A DNA stretch of 64,000 nucleotides from an uncultured Alphaproteobacteria bacterium (GCA_902595855.1 CACJRY010000003.1:57098-121097), one strand, 5' to 3'. Counted from the first letter of the stretch, positions 1 to 10,073 are shown. Made by a program: numbers and translations. The notes: a model not told the origin generated them from the sequence alone.

Positions 1-1354
1 GTTTGTATCCACCAAATGGTGATCCATCAGCAAAACCTGCACCATTAATTTCAACCATTCCAGAGCGCAGTTGTCTAGCAACTCTATGAGCTTTATTAGT
101 ATCATTAGTTTGAATATAGTTAGTTAAACCATATGCAGTATCATTAGAAATTTTTATTGCTTCTTCTTCAGTTGCAAAAGGTATTATTGACACAACTGGA
201 CCAAATATTTCTTCTTTAGCTATTGTCATTTCATTATTTACGTCTGCAAATACTGTTGGTTTTACGAAATAACCCTTTTTCAAATGAGAAGGTCTGTCAG
301 GTCCACCCGCAACAAGTTTAGCTCCTTCTTTAATGCCTTCATTAATCAGATTTTGAATTTTATCATACTGTACTTTTGAAACTACTGGTCCAATATGTCG
401 ACCCTCTTTATTAGCAATATCTACATCTGTTTTTTCTGCGACTTCAATTGCTTCTTTTACTGCTCTTTCATAAATTGACTTTTCAACAAGAAGACGTGTG
501 GGGGCATTGCAACTTTGACCAGAATTATTAAAAACTCTTCTTACACCTCTTCTTACAGCTTTTTCATCTGCGTCTGCGAAAACAATATTAGCGCCTTTAC
601 CTCCGAGCTCTAACGATACTCTCTTAATTGTATCAGCGGCATTTTTGGTTATTAATTTTCCAGCGCGTGTAGAGCCTGTAAAGGAAACCATGTCAATATC
701 AGGATGGCTTGATAATTGCGATCCCACACCTGGTCCATCACCATTGACCAAATTAAAAACACCTTTCGGAAAACCTGCCTCATGAATCATTTCCGCAAAC
801 AACATTGCAGATAATGGTGCGATTTCAGATGGTTTGAGAATCATTGTGCAACCAGCTGCAAGAGCAGGCAATACTTTTAGTGCAATTTGGTTAATTGGCC
901 AATTCCACGGCGTAATTAGTGCACAAATACCAATGGGCTCATAAGAAATATAATTTCCTTTTTCCTGATCCAAATAATTTTCAAATTCAAAATTTTGAAA
1001 TTGATTAATAAAAGTTTTTATATGATCCTCTCCAGATTGACTTTGCTCATTAATAGACCAATCCTTTGGAGCGCCCATTTCAAGAGAAATTGCTTGAGCC
1101 ATATCTGCAGATCTTTTTTGATAAATGTTTAAAAGATTATTAAGCAGCTCAAGTTTTTCTTCTTTTGAAGTATCCCACCATCTTAAAAAAGATTTTTTGG
1201 CTGCGTTTACAGCAAGATTTGTATCATTCTCTGAACCAAGAGAAATTACCGCACAAATTTCTTCAGTTGAGGGGTCGATAACTTGAAGATCATTTGGTCT
1301 TGATGGTTTTACCCACTCCCCATTAATATAAAAATCTTTTTTTTCTTGGATCAT
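1..1354 (-). CDS. NAD(P)+-dependent aldehyde dehydrogenase (C-terminus lies beyond the window edge)
   Basis: Absent from the ORF track because it is open at the window edge. My reverse-strand translation starts MIQEKKDFYINGEWVKP at 1354. It contains the ALDH signatures ELGGKG (about 590-612) and NSGQSCNAP with the catalytic Cys (about 502-528). It lies 19 nt downstream of glcB on the same strand. Confidence 0.85.
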   Translation of the reverse strand, partial: MIQEKKDFYINGEWVKPSRPNDLQVIDPSTEEICAVISLGSENDTNLAVNAAKKSFLRWWDTSKEEKLELLNNLLNIYQKRSADMAQAISLEMGAPKDWSINEQSQSGEDHIKTFINQFQNFEFENYLDQEKGNYISYEPIGICALITPWNWPINQIALKVLPALAAGCTMILKPSEIAPLSAMLFAEMIHEAGFPKGVFNLVNGDGPGVGSQLSSHPDIDMVSFTGSTRAGKLITKNAADTIKRVSLELGGKGANIVFADADEKAVRRGVRRVFNNSGQSCNAPTRLLVEKSIYERAVKEAIEVAEKTDVDIANKEGRHIGPVVSKVQYDKIQNLINEGIKEGAKLVAGGPDRPSHLKKGYFVKPTVFADVNNEMTIAKEEIFGPVVSIIPFATEEEAIKISNDTAYGLTNYIQTNDTNKAHRVARQLRSGMVEINGAGFADGSPFGGYK

Positions 1355-1373
1355 ATTTTATAAATATTTTATC

Positions 1374-3530
1374 TTAATTGTGTTGCGATTTAAATTCTAA
1401 TCTTTTTTTATGAAGAATTGGCTCTGTATAACCTGAGGGTTGATTTATTCCATCAAAAACAAGTTCTTTTGCTGCCTTAAAAGCAATTGAATTTTCATTA
1501 TCACTCATAGGAATATATTTTTCATCATTACTGTTTTGTTCATCAACAACTTTTGCCATTTTATCAAAGGCCTTTAAAACTTGATCTTTTGATACCACAC
1601 CATGTTCTATCCAATTTGCTAGTGCTTGTGATGAAATTCTGCAAGTTGCTCTATCTTCCATTAGACCAATATTGTTAATATCAGGAACTTTTGAACAGCC
1701 TATACCTTGATCAATCCACCTTACTACATATCCTAAAATGCCCTGTGCATTATTTTCAATTTCCCTAGTGATATCGATTTCAGATAGATTTTCTCCCTTC
1801 AACAATGGTAAGGTTAATAAATCATTTAATGTACCAGATGATGCAGAGCTTAGAATTTCTTCTTGAACATCTTTTACATTCACCTCATGATAGTGCAGTG
1901 CATGAAGAGTTGCTGCAGTAGGGCTTGGTACCCATGCACAATTAGCACCAGATTTTGGGTGATTAATTTTTTGCTTTATCATTTCAGCCATTAAGTCTGG
2001 CATTGCCCACATACCTTTGCCAATTTGTGCCTTTCCTTTTAGTCCACATTCTAATCCAATACTTACATTTCTCTTCTCATAGGAAGAAATCCAAGGAGCG
2101 TTTTTCATATCATTCTTTTTCATGAAAGATCCAGCCTGCATTCCTGTATGAATTTCATCTCCGGTTCTATCTAAAAATCCTGTGTTAATAAAAGCAACTC
2201 TTGATTGGGCTGCCCTAATACATTCTTTTAAGTTTATACTTGTTCTTCTTTCCTCATCCATAATCCCTATTTTGATTGTGCTTTTTGGCAAATCTAATAA
2301 TTGTTCAATTTGAGAGAAAAGCTCATTAGTAAATTTAACTTCTTCAGGCCCATGCATTTTTGGTTTAACTATATAAATTGAGTTGTAATTAGAATTTTTG
2401 TTTTCTTTTTTTATGAAATCATAAGTCGCAATAAGTGTTGTTATAATAGCATCCATTATGCCTTCACCAATTTCTTTGTCATCTTTGTTTAAAATTGCAG
2501 GTGTTGTCATTAAATGACCTACATTTCTAATAAGCATTAGAGAGCGTCCTTTTAAAGTTTTTTCTTTTTGATCAAATCCAGTGAAATGAAAATCTTTGTT
2601 CAGCACCCTTTTAATATTTTTATTATTTTTTAAAAAATTACTTTCTAAATTTCCTTTAATAAGTCCTAACCAGTTTCTGTATGCTAAAATTTTATCGTCT
2701 GCATCAACCGTTGCAACACTATCTTCACAATCAAGGATAGTAGATACAGCAGACTCCATTAATATATCTGATATATTTGCAATATCATTTTTACCAATAA
2801 TATCATTTTTATTAATTATGATTCTGCAGCGAAGATTATTTTTTGATAAAATTAATTCACTTAATTCAGCATCTTTTGATATTCTCCAGCCCAAAAGTTG
2901 TTCAGCATGTACAAGCTCAACATTGTCATTTGTTAATGTGTTAAATATTACACTATTGTCTTTTATTTGAATGTTATTAACCTCAATCCACTTGCTTTCT
3001 TTAAGTGGAGCAAATTTATCTAAATGTGATTTTGCAAATTTTACAACTTTATCTCCTCTTTCTTTATCATAGGCTCCTCCTTTAGGAGCTTCTCCTATTG
3101 CATCAGTTCCGTAAAGTGCATCATATAAACTCCCCCATCTTGCATTAACTGCATTTATAGCAAATCTTTCATTTGTGATTGGTACCACTAGTTGTGGACC
3201 ACAAATTGTTGAGATTTCCTCATCAATATTAGAAGTTGTAATTTTAAAGTTTGGCCCTTCTTCAACTATATAATCTATATCTTTTAAAAATTTCTTGTAT
3301 TCTTCAAGTTCAATATTTTTAGACTTATTTTCTTTATGCCATTTGTTGATTTTATTTTGTAAGCTTTTTCGTTTTTCCAAAAGGTATATATTTTTTGGAT
3401 AATAAATATCAACAATATCTGAAAAACCATTCCAGAATTTATTTTCTTCAATACTGATGTCTTTTAGAACTTCATTATTGATAAAATTGTATAGTTTTTC
3501 ATTAACCTTAATATTTTTTTTTTGAATCAT
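1374..3530 (-). CDS. glcB: malate synthase G
   Basis: 718 aa, the size of G-type malate synthase. Family blocks DCEDSVA, KIGIMDEERRTS and FINTGFLDRTGDEIHT are present. Confidence 0.93.
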   Translation of the reverse strand: MIQKKNIKVNEKLYNFINNEVLKDISIEENKFWNGFSDIVDIYYPKNIYLLEKRKSLQNKINKWHKENKSKNIELEEYKKFLKDIDYIVEEGPNFKITTSNIDEEISTICGPQLVVPITNERFAINAVNARWGSLYDALYGTDAIGEAPKGGAYDKERGDKVVKFAKSHLDKFAPLKESKWIEVNNIQIKDNSVIFNTLTNDNVELVHAEQLLGWRISKDAELSELILSKNNLRCRIIINKNDIIGKNDIANISDILMESAVSTILDCEDSVATVDADDKILAYRNWLGLIKGNLESNFLKNNKNIKRVLNKDFHFTGFDQKEKTLKGRSLMLIRNVGHLMTTPAILNKDDKEIGEGIMDAIITTLIATYDFIKKENKNSNYNSIYIVKPKMHGPEEVKFTNELFSQIEQLLDLPKSTIKIGIMDEERRTSINLKECIRAAQSRVAFINTGFLDRTGDEIHTGMQAGSFMKKNDMKNAPWISSYEKRNVSIGLECGLKGKAQIGKGMWAMPDLMAEMIKQKINHPKSGANCAWVPSPTAATLHALHYHEVNVKDVQEEILSSASSGTLNDLLTLPLLKGENLSEIDITREIENNAQGILGYVVRWIDQGIGCSKVPDINNIGLMEDRATCRISSQALANWIEHGVVSKDQVLKAFDKMAKVVDEQNSNDEKYIPMSDNENSIAFKAAKELVFDGINQPSGYTEPILHKKRLEFKSQHN

Positions 3531-3586
3531 ATGATAAAAATCTGATACAGGAAAAATTCTAAATTAGAATAAATATTTAAAATAAT

Positions 3587-4009
3587 TTATTTTGACTCAG
3601 CATAAACTTTGCCATATTCTTTAATTTTCATTAGCATTGAATATACGCCGTTTCTTCTTCCAGGAGTTAATAAAGTGTCCAGCTTTAAAGATGTTAAAAG
3701 ATCAAAGTTTGAATTTGTGATTTCATCTGGTTTTCTATCTCCATAAATCTCACTAAGAATTGTTACCATACCCTTTGAAATAAAGGCATCTGAGTCAGAG
3801 TGAAAACATAATTTATTGTCCTGCATATATGGAACAAGCCAGACTTGGGCTTGGCATCCATCGACTTTAAAACTATCTTGTCTAAATTCTTCTGGGAATG
3901 GCTTTGCTTTTTTTGCCTGGTCCAGAAGGTATTTGTATTTGTCCATATCATCATCAAATAATTCTAAATTTTCTTTGTAATATTTAATTTTTTCTTCAAC
4001 TGATATCAT
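3587..4009 (-). CDS. sufE: SufE-family sulfur acceptor protein
   Basis: 140 aa with the SufE-like active-site block KVDGCQAQVW. The start overlaps the galT stop by 4 nt. Confidence 0.75.
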   Translation of the reverse strand: MISVEEKIKYYKENLELFDDDMDKYKYLLDQAKKAKPFPEEFRQDSFKVDGCQAQVWLVPYMQDNKLCFHSDSDAFISKGMVTILSEIYGDRKPDEITNSNFDLLTSLKLDTLLTPGRRNGVYSMLMKIKEYGKVYAESK

Positions 4010-5076
4010 GACATATACTTTCTAAGTTCAGCTGCAGTATCTTCTGGAAAAACATCCATAATAAATACTCCTGCCATCGATTCTGAACCAGCTAATACTT
4101 TTGGTTTATCTCCATGCCTCAATGGAGGATAAAATTCCATATGAAAATGAAAATTATTATCATCAGGAGTGGGGGCTGCATGTAATCCCATAATATAAGG
4201 ACATCGTCTACCTAAAAAGTTATCATATCCCTTAACAACTTTTTGAAGAGCTATTGCAAACGAGTTGTACTCTTGGTCTGTAAATTGCCAAGGTCCTGCT
4301 AGCTTTCTTTTTGGAATGATCCATACTTCATAAGCGTATCTAGCAAAAGGTGGAATTGCTGCGATGACATAATCATCTTGATAAACATAATAGTTTTCTT
4401 CTAAATTTTTCATTAATTTTTCAATAAAATTTTCTTTACTAAATGCCTCAATTTCTTTTTGAATTGCTGGGGGAATAATAGGGTAAGCATAAATTTGTCC
4501 ATGAGGATGATGCAGAGTAACACCACATTCCACCCCTCTATTTTCAAAAGGCATTACATATTTTATATCTTCTCTTTTCATTAAATGTACGTATCTGTCT
4601 GACCAAGCATTAAAAAGAAGCTCTATTCTATCAATAGACATTTGAGCTATAGTATCTTTATGATTGGAGGAATAAACAACAACCTCGCACTCTCCATTAG
4701 ATGGTTGAGCCTCAATTCCTTCTACTAATATTTTTTTATTGTTTGTATTAAAACTAGCCCATCTGTTAGGAAAGATTGCTATTTCAAAATTCTTAAAAGG
4801 TATTTCTGTAGGAAAATTCAATTCTACCCCTGGACATAGTGGACAATATTCCTCAGGTGGAAATGAGGTTCTAACTTTTCTAGTAGCAGAATAAGTTACC
4901 CACTCTTGTCTTGAAGGATTCCAGCGCATATGCGGGCTTGGAGCGGGTGTAATTTCTAATTCTTTTGATGGTATTTCATGATGTTCTGAATATCCAAAAA
5001 GAAGCAATTCCCTTTTATCATTTCTCTCAAAAGATTTTTTAAAAATTTTTTTCATTAATTTTTTTTTCCCACTCAA
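4006..5076 (-). CDS. galT: galactose-1-phosphate uridylyltransferase (class I, HIT-type)
   Basis: 356 aa with the Zn knuckle CPLCPG and the active site HHPHGQIYAYP. In-frame starts at 5076 or 5055 both overlap the end of galE. Confidence 0.85.
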   Translation of the reverse strand: MSGKKKLMKKIFKKSFERNDKRELLLFGYSEHHEIPSKELEITPAPSPHMRWNPSRQEWVTYSATRKVRTSFPPEEYCPLCPGVELNFPTEIPFKNFEIAIFPNRWASFNTNNKKILVEGIEAQPSNGECEVVVYSSNHKDTIAQMSIDRIELLFNAWSDRYVHLMKREDIKYVMPFENRGVECGVTLHHPHGQIYAYPIIPPAIQKEIEAFSKENFIEKLMKNLEENYYVYQDDYVIAAIPPFARYAYEVWIIPKRKLAGPWQFTDQEYNSFAIALQKVVKGYDNFLGRRCPYIMGLHAAPTPDDNNFHFHMEFYPPLRHGDKPKVLAGSESMAGVFIMDVFPEDTAAELRKYMS

Positions 5077-6022
5077 TTGCTGTTTTTATTATCAAATTTA
5101 AATCATTAAATTTTGGCTCCCAATTAATAGTTTGAGAAAGTTTATCTATGTTAGAGACTAATTTTTCTGCATCGCCAGGACGTCTTTCACTAAACTCGTA
5201 TTTAATTTTATTACCAGTTATTTTATTTGCTTCATTAACCACTTCTAGAACAGAATAGCCTCTACCATAGCCACAGTTAAAAATGTTACTGGTTTTTTTT
5301 TTCATTAAATATTCCGCTGTTTTTATATGAATATCAGCTAAATCACTAACATGTATATAATCTCTTACTGGTGTTCCGTCATCAGTATTATAATCATTTC
5401 CATAAAGATAAATTTTATCTCTTTTCCCAACAGCAATCTCGCTTAAAATTTTAATTAGATGCGTTGGTTCTTTGGAAATTAATCCACTTCTCAATTCAGG
5501 ATCAGCTCCTGCAACATTGAAGTATCTCAATATAACTGAATTAAATTTATTTGAATTCTCAATTAGATATTGTTCAGTATCTATTTTTGATTGCCCATAG
5601 GGGTTTAGAGGACTTAAATTTGCATCTTCTTTTATGGAGTTGTTGCTAGCAGGGTTACCATATGCTGCAGCTGTTGAAGAGAATATAATATTTCTAAGGT
5701 TGTTTTTATAACATGTTTCAAAGAGAGTTATTGCATTTTCAGTATTATTTTTAAAATATTTTGAGGGATTTTGAACAGATTCTTCAACCTTGATGAACCC
5801 AGCAAAATGTAAAAGAATATCAAACTTTTCTTGTTGAATAATATTTGAAACTTTCCTCTCATCATTAATGTTGCACTTGATTAATGTAATATTTTCTGGA
5901 ATCAAATTTATATTTCCCGTTGATAAATCATCAACAACAACTACCTTATAATTTTTTTCTAAAATTGATAGTAAAACATGACTCCCAATGTAACCTGCAC
6001 CACCTGTTAAAAGTATTTTCAT
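5039..6022 (-). CDS. galE: UDP-glucose 4-epimerase
   Basis: 327 aa extended SDR with GGAGYIGSH Rossmann motif and catalytic YGQSK (YxxxK). Confidence 0.88.
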   Translation of the reverse strand: MKILLTGGAGYIGSHVLLSILEKNYKVVVVDDLSTGNINLIPENITLIKCNINDERKVSNIIQQEKFDILLHFAGFIKVEESVQNPSKYFKNNTENAITLFETCYKNNLRNIIFSSTAAAYGNPASNNSIKEDANLSPLNPYGQSKIDTEQYLIENSNKFNSVILRYFNVAGADPELRSGLISKEPTHLIKILSEIAVGKRDKIYLYGNDYNTDDGTPVRDYIHVSDLADIHIKTAEYLMKKKTSNIFNCGYGRGYSVLEVVNEANKITGNKIKYEFSERRPGDAEKLVSNIDKLSQTINWEPKFNDLNLIIKTAIEWEKKINEKNF

Positions 6023-6099
6023 ATTAAAAATAATTATAAATTAAAAGCGTATTATTATACATATTCTTTACACTTTAACTAATTATGTTAATATAATTT

Positions 6100-6948
6100 A
6101 TGATCAAATTATTGGATACACACCAGCATTTAGTTTACCGAGATGTTGCAAATTATAGTTGGGCAAAAGATATTCCGCCTCTCGCAACAGACAACTTTAC
6201 AGTTGAGGATTATTTAAAACTTACTGAAGGCCTTGGTGTCGGAGGTACTCTTTTTATGGAGACTGGGGTAGATGACCCAGATTATCAAAATGAAGCAAAA
6301 TATGTTCAAAAATTATCCGATAATCCAAATAATGGAATCAAAGGTCTTATTGTTTCAATCAGACCAGAGGATGATAGCTTTGATCATTGGTTCAATGAAA
6401 CATTACAAATGAATGTATCTGGTTACAGACGTATTTTACATGTCATGCCCGATGATACTTCTCAAGCACAAACTTTTAGAGACAATGTAAAAAAAATTGG
6501 CAAAGCAGGTAAACCTTTTGATATATGTTATTTACCAACACAACTATCAATTGCTTATGATTTTGCTAAGGATTGTAGTGAAGTAAATTTAGTTTTAAAT
6601 CATTGTGGTGTACCATCTATAGCTGCTGGAGAAATAGAACAGTGGGGTAAAGACATAAAAAAATTAGCAGAACTTCCTAATGTGTTTTGCAAACTATCAG
6701 GTTTAATGGCCTATTGTGCCCCAGGTACTTCATCACAGGAAACTATACAACCTTATGTTGATCACGTTCTTCAGACTTTCGGACCAAACAGGATGGTTTG
6801 GGGAAGTGACTGGCCAGTTGTAAATCTTGGAAAAGGAATTCAGGAATGGATATCTGTTACTAGAAATATCTTATCAAAATTATCAGATAGTGAAGCGGAA
6901 GCAATTGCAAATGCAAATGCACAAAAAATTTACAATACTGCTTTATAG
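6100..6948 (+). CDS. Amidohydrolase_2 (COG3618) sugar lactonase, L-fucono/L-rhamnono-lactonase-like
   Basis: 282 aa with blocks LDTHQH, LNHCG, FCKLSGL and VWGSDWPV. These match the pattern of L-fucono-1,5-lactonase-type metal-independent lactonases. Confidence 0.65.
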   Translation: MIKLLDTHQHLVYRDVANYSWAKDIPPLATDNFTVEDYLKLTEGLGVGGTLFMETGVDDPDYQNEAKYVQKLSDNPNNGIKGLIVSIRPEDDSFDHWFNETLQMNVSGYRRILHVMPDDTSQAQTFRDNVKKIGKAGKPFDICYLPTQLSIAYDFAKDCSEVNLVLNHCGVPSIAAGEIEQWGKDIKKLAELPNVFCKLSGLMAYCAPGTSSQETIQPYVDHVLQTFGPNRMVWGSDWPVVNLGKGIQEWISVTRNILSKLSDSEAEAIANANAQKIYNTAL

Positions 6949-6956
6949 AATAATTA

Positions 6957-7844
6957 TTAGTGTTTTAGTGCACCCATCGTCATACCGGCAATAAACCATC
7001 TTTGGAAGACAGCAAAGATTAACATTACAGGAATGATTGTTATCATTACAGATGCGCTATATGTACCAATATTTATGTGATACCTGCTTGTGCCAATTTT
7101 TGCCAACCCTACAGGCACTGTATGAATAGTGGGATCTTGCATGAAGATCATTGCATAAATAAACTCATTCCATGTATCTAAAAATAAAAGAATTACACAG
7201 GTGGCTATTGCTGGCTTAGCTAAAGGTAACAAAATTCTCATTAACAATTGAAAATCAGAAGCTCCGTCTACAATACCTGCTTCAGTTAGCTCACCTGGTA
7301 TTTGCTCAAAGAACATTCGTAAGATTAAAATACCTATTGGAATTAAAAATCCTGCATAGGCAAGAATTACAGCAGTATAAGTATTAATAATTCCAAAATA
7401 AATTAATAAATAAAATAAAGGTATGAGTAATACCTGGGCCGGCATTGCAACACTTGCTATCATAACGTTATATAAACTTTCCTTCATTGGAAAACGTAAA
7501 TGACTAAAGCTGAAAGCAGCAAAGATAGATAAAGTTATAATTAATATTACGGATGAAGTTGTAACAATAATGCTATTTAAAAACATTCTAGGAAAAGAAA
7601 CTTTTAGCCTTTCTTCAGCGTAAAAAAAAGCATCATAGTAATTTTGAAGAGAAAACTCATAAGGGATTAGAAAATATTTAGCACTATAAACGGTATCAGG
7701 TGAGCGAACTGATAAGGATAAAGTATAAAGCAAAGGAAAAATAATAATGATGATAAAAAATAAAATTACTATTCTTGTTAATATGTAAAAAATAGGACTT
7801 CTTTTGAAGGTTGCTCCATAATTTGTTTTCAATGAGTCCTCCAT
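6957..7844 (-). CDS. CUT1-type ABC sugar transporter permease (MalG-like)
   Basis: 295 aa, multi-TM, with EAA loop ELTEAGIVDGASDFQLLMRILLPLAKP. Confidence 0.85.
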   Translation of the reverse strand: MEDSLKTNYGATFKRSPIFYILTRIVILFFIIIIIFPLLYTLSLSVRSPDTVYSAKYFLIPYEFSLQNYYDAFFYAEERLKVSFPRMFLNSIIVTTSSVILIITLSIFAAFSFSHLRFPMKESLYNVMIASVAMPAQVLLIPLFYLLIYFGIINTYTAVILAYAGFLIPIGILILRMFFEQIPGELTEAGIVDGASDFQLLMRILLPLAKPAIATCVILLFLDTWNEFIYAMIFMQDPTIHTVPVGLAKIGTSRYHINIGTYSASVMITIIPVMLIFAVFQRWFIAGMTMGALKH

Positions 7845-7845
7845 G

Positions 7846-8721
7846 TTAATTCTTTGATATCCTTTTTGAAATTATAATACGTGTTAATGCAATTGTTAAG
7901 ATGCATGCAAAAATAACAAATGCTACAGATGCACCAACACCCATTTTATTAGGACCTCCCGCAGCAAATGAATAATAGTATAAGTAAGATGCCAAAACTT
8001 CAGAATAGTGAGCTGGCCCCCCTCTCGTTAATACATAGACAATATCAAAAGCTCTAAAGCCTCCTATTAAATTTAGTATCATATTCAAAATTGTGGTTGG
8101 CCATAATAAAGGAATAACAATCGAGAATATTTTTTGACTCCAATTAGCACCATCTATGTCAGACGCTTCAAGTAATTCAATATTTAAACTTTGAAGGCCT
8201 GCATAATATATGACTAAACTATACCCTATCCATTGCCATGTATTGACCATTATAATCAACCACATAACCAAACTTACCGAAGATAACCAAGAAAAGTCTA
8301 GACCTAAAATTGCATTAAGAACCCCATCCTGCTCAAGTATTTTTTTCCAGACTAAACCAACAGAAACTGGCGCTAAAACACATGGGAAAAAAATAATTGA
8401 TCGTATTAATACTGAAAATTTAAAATTTCCAAAAAAAATAAATATTGAAAGTATAAGAGCAATACCTGTTTGTATAAAAACAGCACCAAAAACAAATAAA
8501 AATGTATTTTTAAGAGCAATCCAAAAATATTTGTCCTCATAAATTTTTACAAAGTTATCTAATCCAACAAATTTTCGAAAAAGATTTGTTTCAAAACCTG
8601 TAAAATCAAAAAAACTCAACACTAAAGATGTTAATCCTGGAAGGACATTAAAAACTAAAAAAATTAATAATGCAGGGAATAAATATAAAAGCGTTTTGTA
8701 TTGAAAGGTTTTATAAATCAT
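7846..8721 (-). CDS. CUT1-type ABC sugar transporter permease (MalF-like)
   Basis: 291 aa, multi-TM, with EAA loop LLEASDIDGANWSQKIFSIVIPLLWP. There is a 1-nt gap to the next permease. Confidence 0.85.
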   Translation of the reverse strand: MIYKTFQYKTLLYLFPALLIFLVFNVLPGLTSLVLSFFDFTGFETNLFRKFVGLDNFVKIYEDKYFWIALKNTFLFVFGAVFIQTGIALILSIFIFFGNFKFSVLIRSIIFFPCVLAPVSVGLVWKKILEQDGVLNAILGLDFSWLSSVSLVMWLIIMVNTWQWIGYSLVIYYAGLQSLNIELLEASDIDGANWSQKIFSIVIPLLWPTTILNMILNLIGGFRAFDIVYVLTRGGPAHYSEVLASYLYYYSFAAGGPNKMGVGASVAFVIFACILTIALTRIIISKRISKN

Positions 8722-8735
8722 TTTTAATTAATAAA

Positions 8736-8760
8736 GGGGGATTATCAAATATAATCCCCC
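8736..8760 (-). terminator. hairpin between the binding-protein gene and the first permease gene (partial terminator or mRNA stabiliser)
   Basis: Perfect 10-bp stem: GGGGATTAT (8736-8745) pairs with ATAATCCCCC (8751-8760), with a 5-nt loop. On the transcribed (minus) strand it is followed by TTTATTAATT and then the permease ATG. Confidence 0.5.
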
Positions 8761-8777
8761 TAAATTTTTACAGAATA

Positions 8778-10073
8778 TTAACCGCTGTATCCAGTTTCTT
8801 TATTCATTTTTTCAATAACTTCATCAACTGTTGTTACACCTAAAAACATTTCCATTATTCCATCATAAAGATGTTTCATAGGCTCAGCTTGAGAATAGTA
8901 AATATTTGTATTTCTACCTTCTGTAGCTAACATTTTAATTCCATCATTGAATAAAAGATTTGGAGATGCGGCAAGTGCAGCCATATCTACCGCAGCAAGG
9001 TTTGCAGGAATTTGACCATAACCAGCAAATGTCATTGAAGCACTTGGGCTATTAGTTAATTTTACAAATTCCATTGCTAAATCTTTATTTGGAGAGTTAG
9101 CATTTATGCCTAGGTTAGTTCCTGTAGCTTTATTATAAGTCATAGGAGAATCGCTAGATATTTTAGGGTATGACATCATTGTTATACCAAGGCTATCAGC
9201 AGTATTATACTCTGCTGGTGCAGAAGAAATAAACCAATCTCCATTACAATAAATACCAACACCTTCTCTATCGATCCATTTACCCCAAGCTTGAACTTGA
9301 TAATCCATACTTAGGGAATCAGCTCTCCACACACCATTATCGTGCATAGTTTTATAGGCATTAAGTGCATCCCTAAACATTGGTTGATCCCAAGAAATCT
9401 CACCATCATAAGCTTGACCTAAAACATCTGTCGGGTAAGCATCATTTTGTTGATTAACAAAATTTGCAAAACCATCTAAAACACACCAAGATTCAACTGG
9501 ACCAAACATTAGCCCATCTAACCCTTTTGCTTTAGCAGCTTTACCAATCGCAACCCACTCATCAACTGTATATGAGTCTCCAAATGCAGGTAGTTCGAAA
9601 CCTAAGTCTTCAATCATATCATTGTAAACCCAAATTTCTTCAGTGAAAGCATCCTGTGGAGCTAAGTATAAATTTCCATTTCTACTTAGTTCTGGAATAT
9701 TAATGTTATTTCCTAACCAGCTTTTCCATTCGTCATCCGCTTCTGCAGTAATATTAACTAAGTGGCCTGCATTGACAACTTCATCTACATCTGGTCCTGG
9801 ATAAACTGCAAATACATCTGGACCTTGTCCCGAAGATAAAGCAGGCTTTAAATATTCGTTGTAAGTAGTCACCGTGTATTGTGTATACTCAACTTTAACA
9901 CCAGGGTTTGCAGCTTCAAATTCTTTTATGAAGTCCGCATAAGCATTAGTAATCCCTCCTACACCTGACTGCCAATCAACTACTCTAATTACTGTTTCCG
10001 CTTTTGCAAATTGTGCAAAACTAAATGTTATCAACAACACCGAAAACAACAATTTTATATAATGTTTAAGCAT
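8778..10073 (-). CDS. periplasmic solute-binding protein, family 1 (sugar, CUT1)
   Basis: Signal peptide MLKHYIKLLFSVLLITFSFAQFAKA. Start moved to the ATG at 10073, which follows GGAGG; the track start at 10085 adds MGGK. About 430 aa, typical of sugar SBPs. Confidence 0.85.
   Translation of the reverse strand: MLKHYIKLLFSVLLITFSFAQFAKAETVIRVVDWQSGVGGITNAYADFIKEFEAANPGVKVEYTQYTVTTYNEYLKPALSSGQGPDVFAVYPGPDVDEVVNAGHLVNITAEADDEWKSWLGNNINIPELSRNGNLYLAPQDAFTEEIWVYNDMIEDLGFELPAFGDSYTVDEWVAIGKAAKAKGLDGLMFGPVESWCVLDGFANFVNQQNDAYPTDVLGQAYDGEISWDQPMFRDALNAYKTMHDNGVWRADSLSMDYQVQAWGKWIDREGVGIYCNGDWFISSAPAEYNTADSLGITMMSYPKISSDSPMTYNKATGTNLGINANSPNKDLAMEFVKLTNSPSASMTFAGYGQIPANLAAVDMAALAASPNLLFNDGIKMLATEGRNTNIYYSQAEPMKHLYDGIMEMFLGVTTVDEVIEKMNKETGYSG

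Noticed and set aside
2596-2970. A 124-aa ORF antisense to glcB. Similar track ORFs lie inside longer genes: 3763-3957, 8210-8542, 10258-10482, 10903-11091, 13845-14120, 16125-16358, 16696-16896, 18904-19152, 19562-19804, 21911-22201, 22734-22964, 24360-24545, 24877-25236, 26021-26227, 26436-26633, 27095-27295, 28311-28574, 31802-32885, 34555-34755, 34840-35133, 38207-38431, 39612-40385, 41210-41404, 46491-46703, 48648-48863, 50460-50714, 53254-53715, 54044-54331, 58058-58291, 58558-58764, 62692-62877, 63496-63718.
   Set aside because: Each is nested in, or antisense to, a longer ORF with unambiguous family motifs. Their Leu/Ser/Phe/Ile/Lys-rich low-complexity translations are what alternative frames of AT-rich coding DNA produce. 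None has an RBS or an intergenic start.
3531-3586. Looked for the tandem glycine riboswitch that precedes malate synthase in Ca. Pelagibacter ubique.
   Set aside because: The spacer is only 56 nt, almost pure A/T, and has none of the G-rich conserved cores. A full aptamer pair needs roughly 200 nt. Its absence is reported as a finding rather than as a feature.
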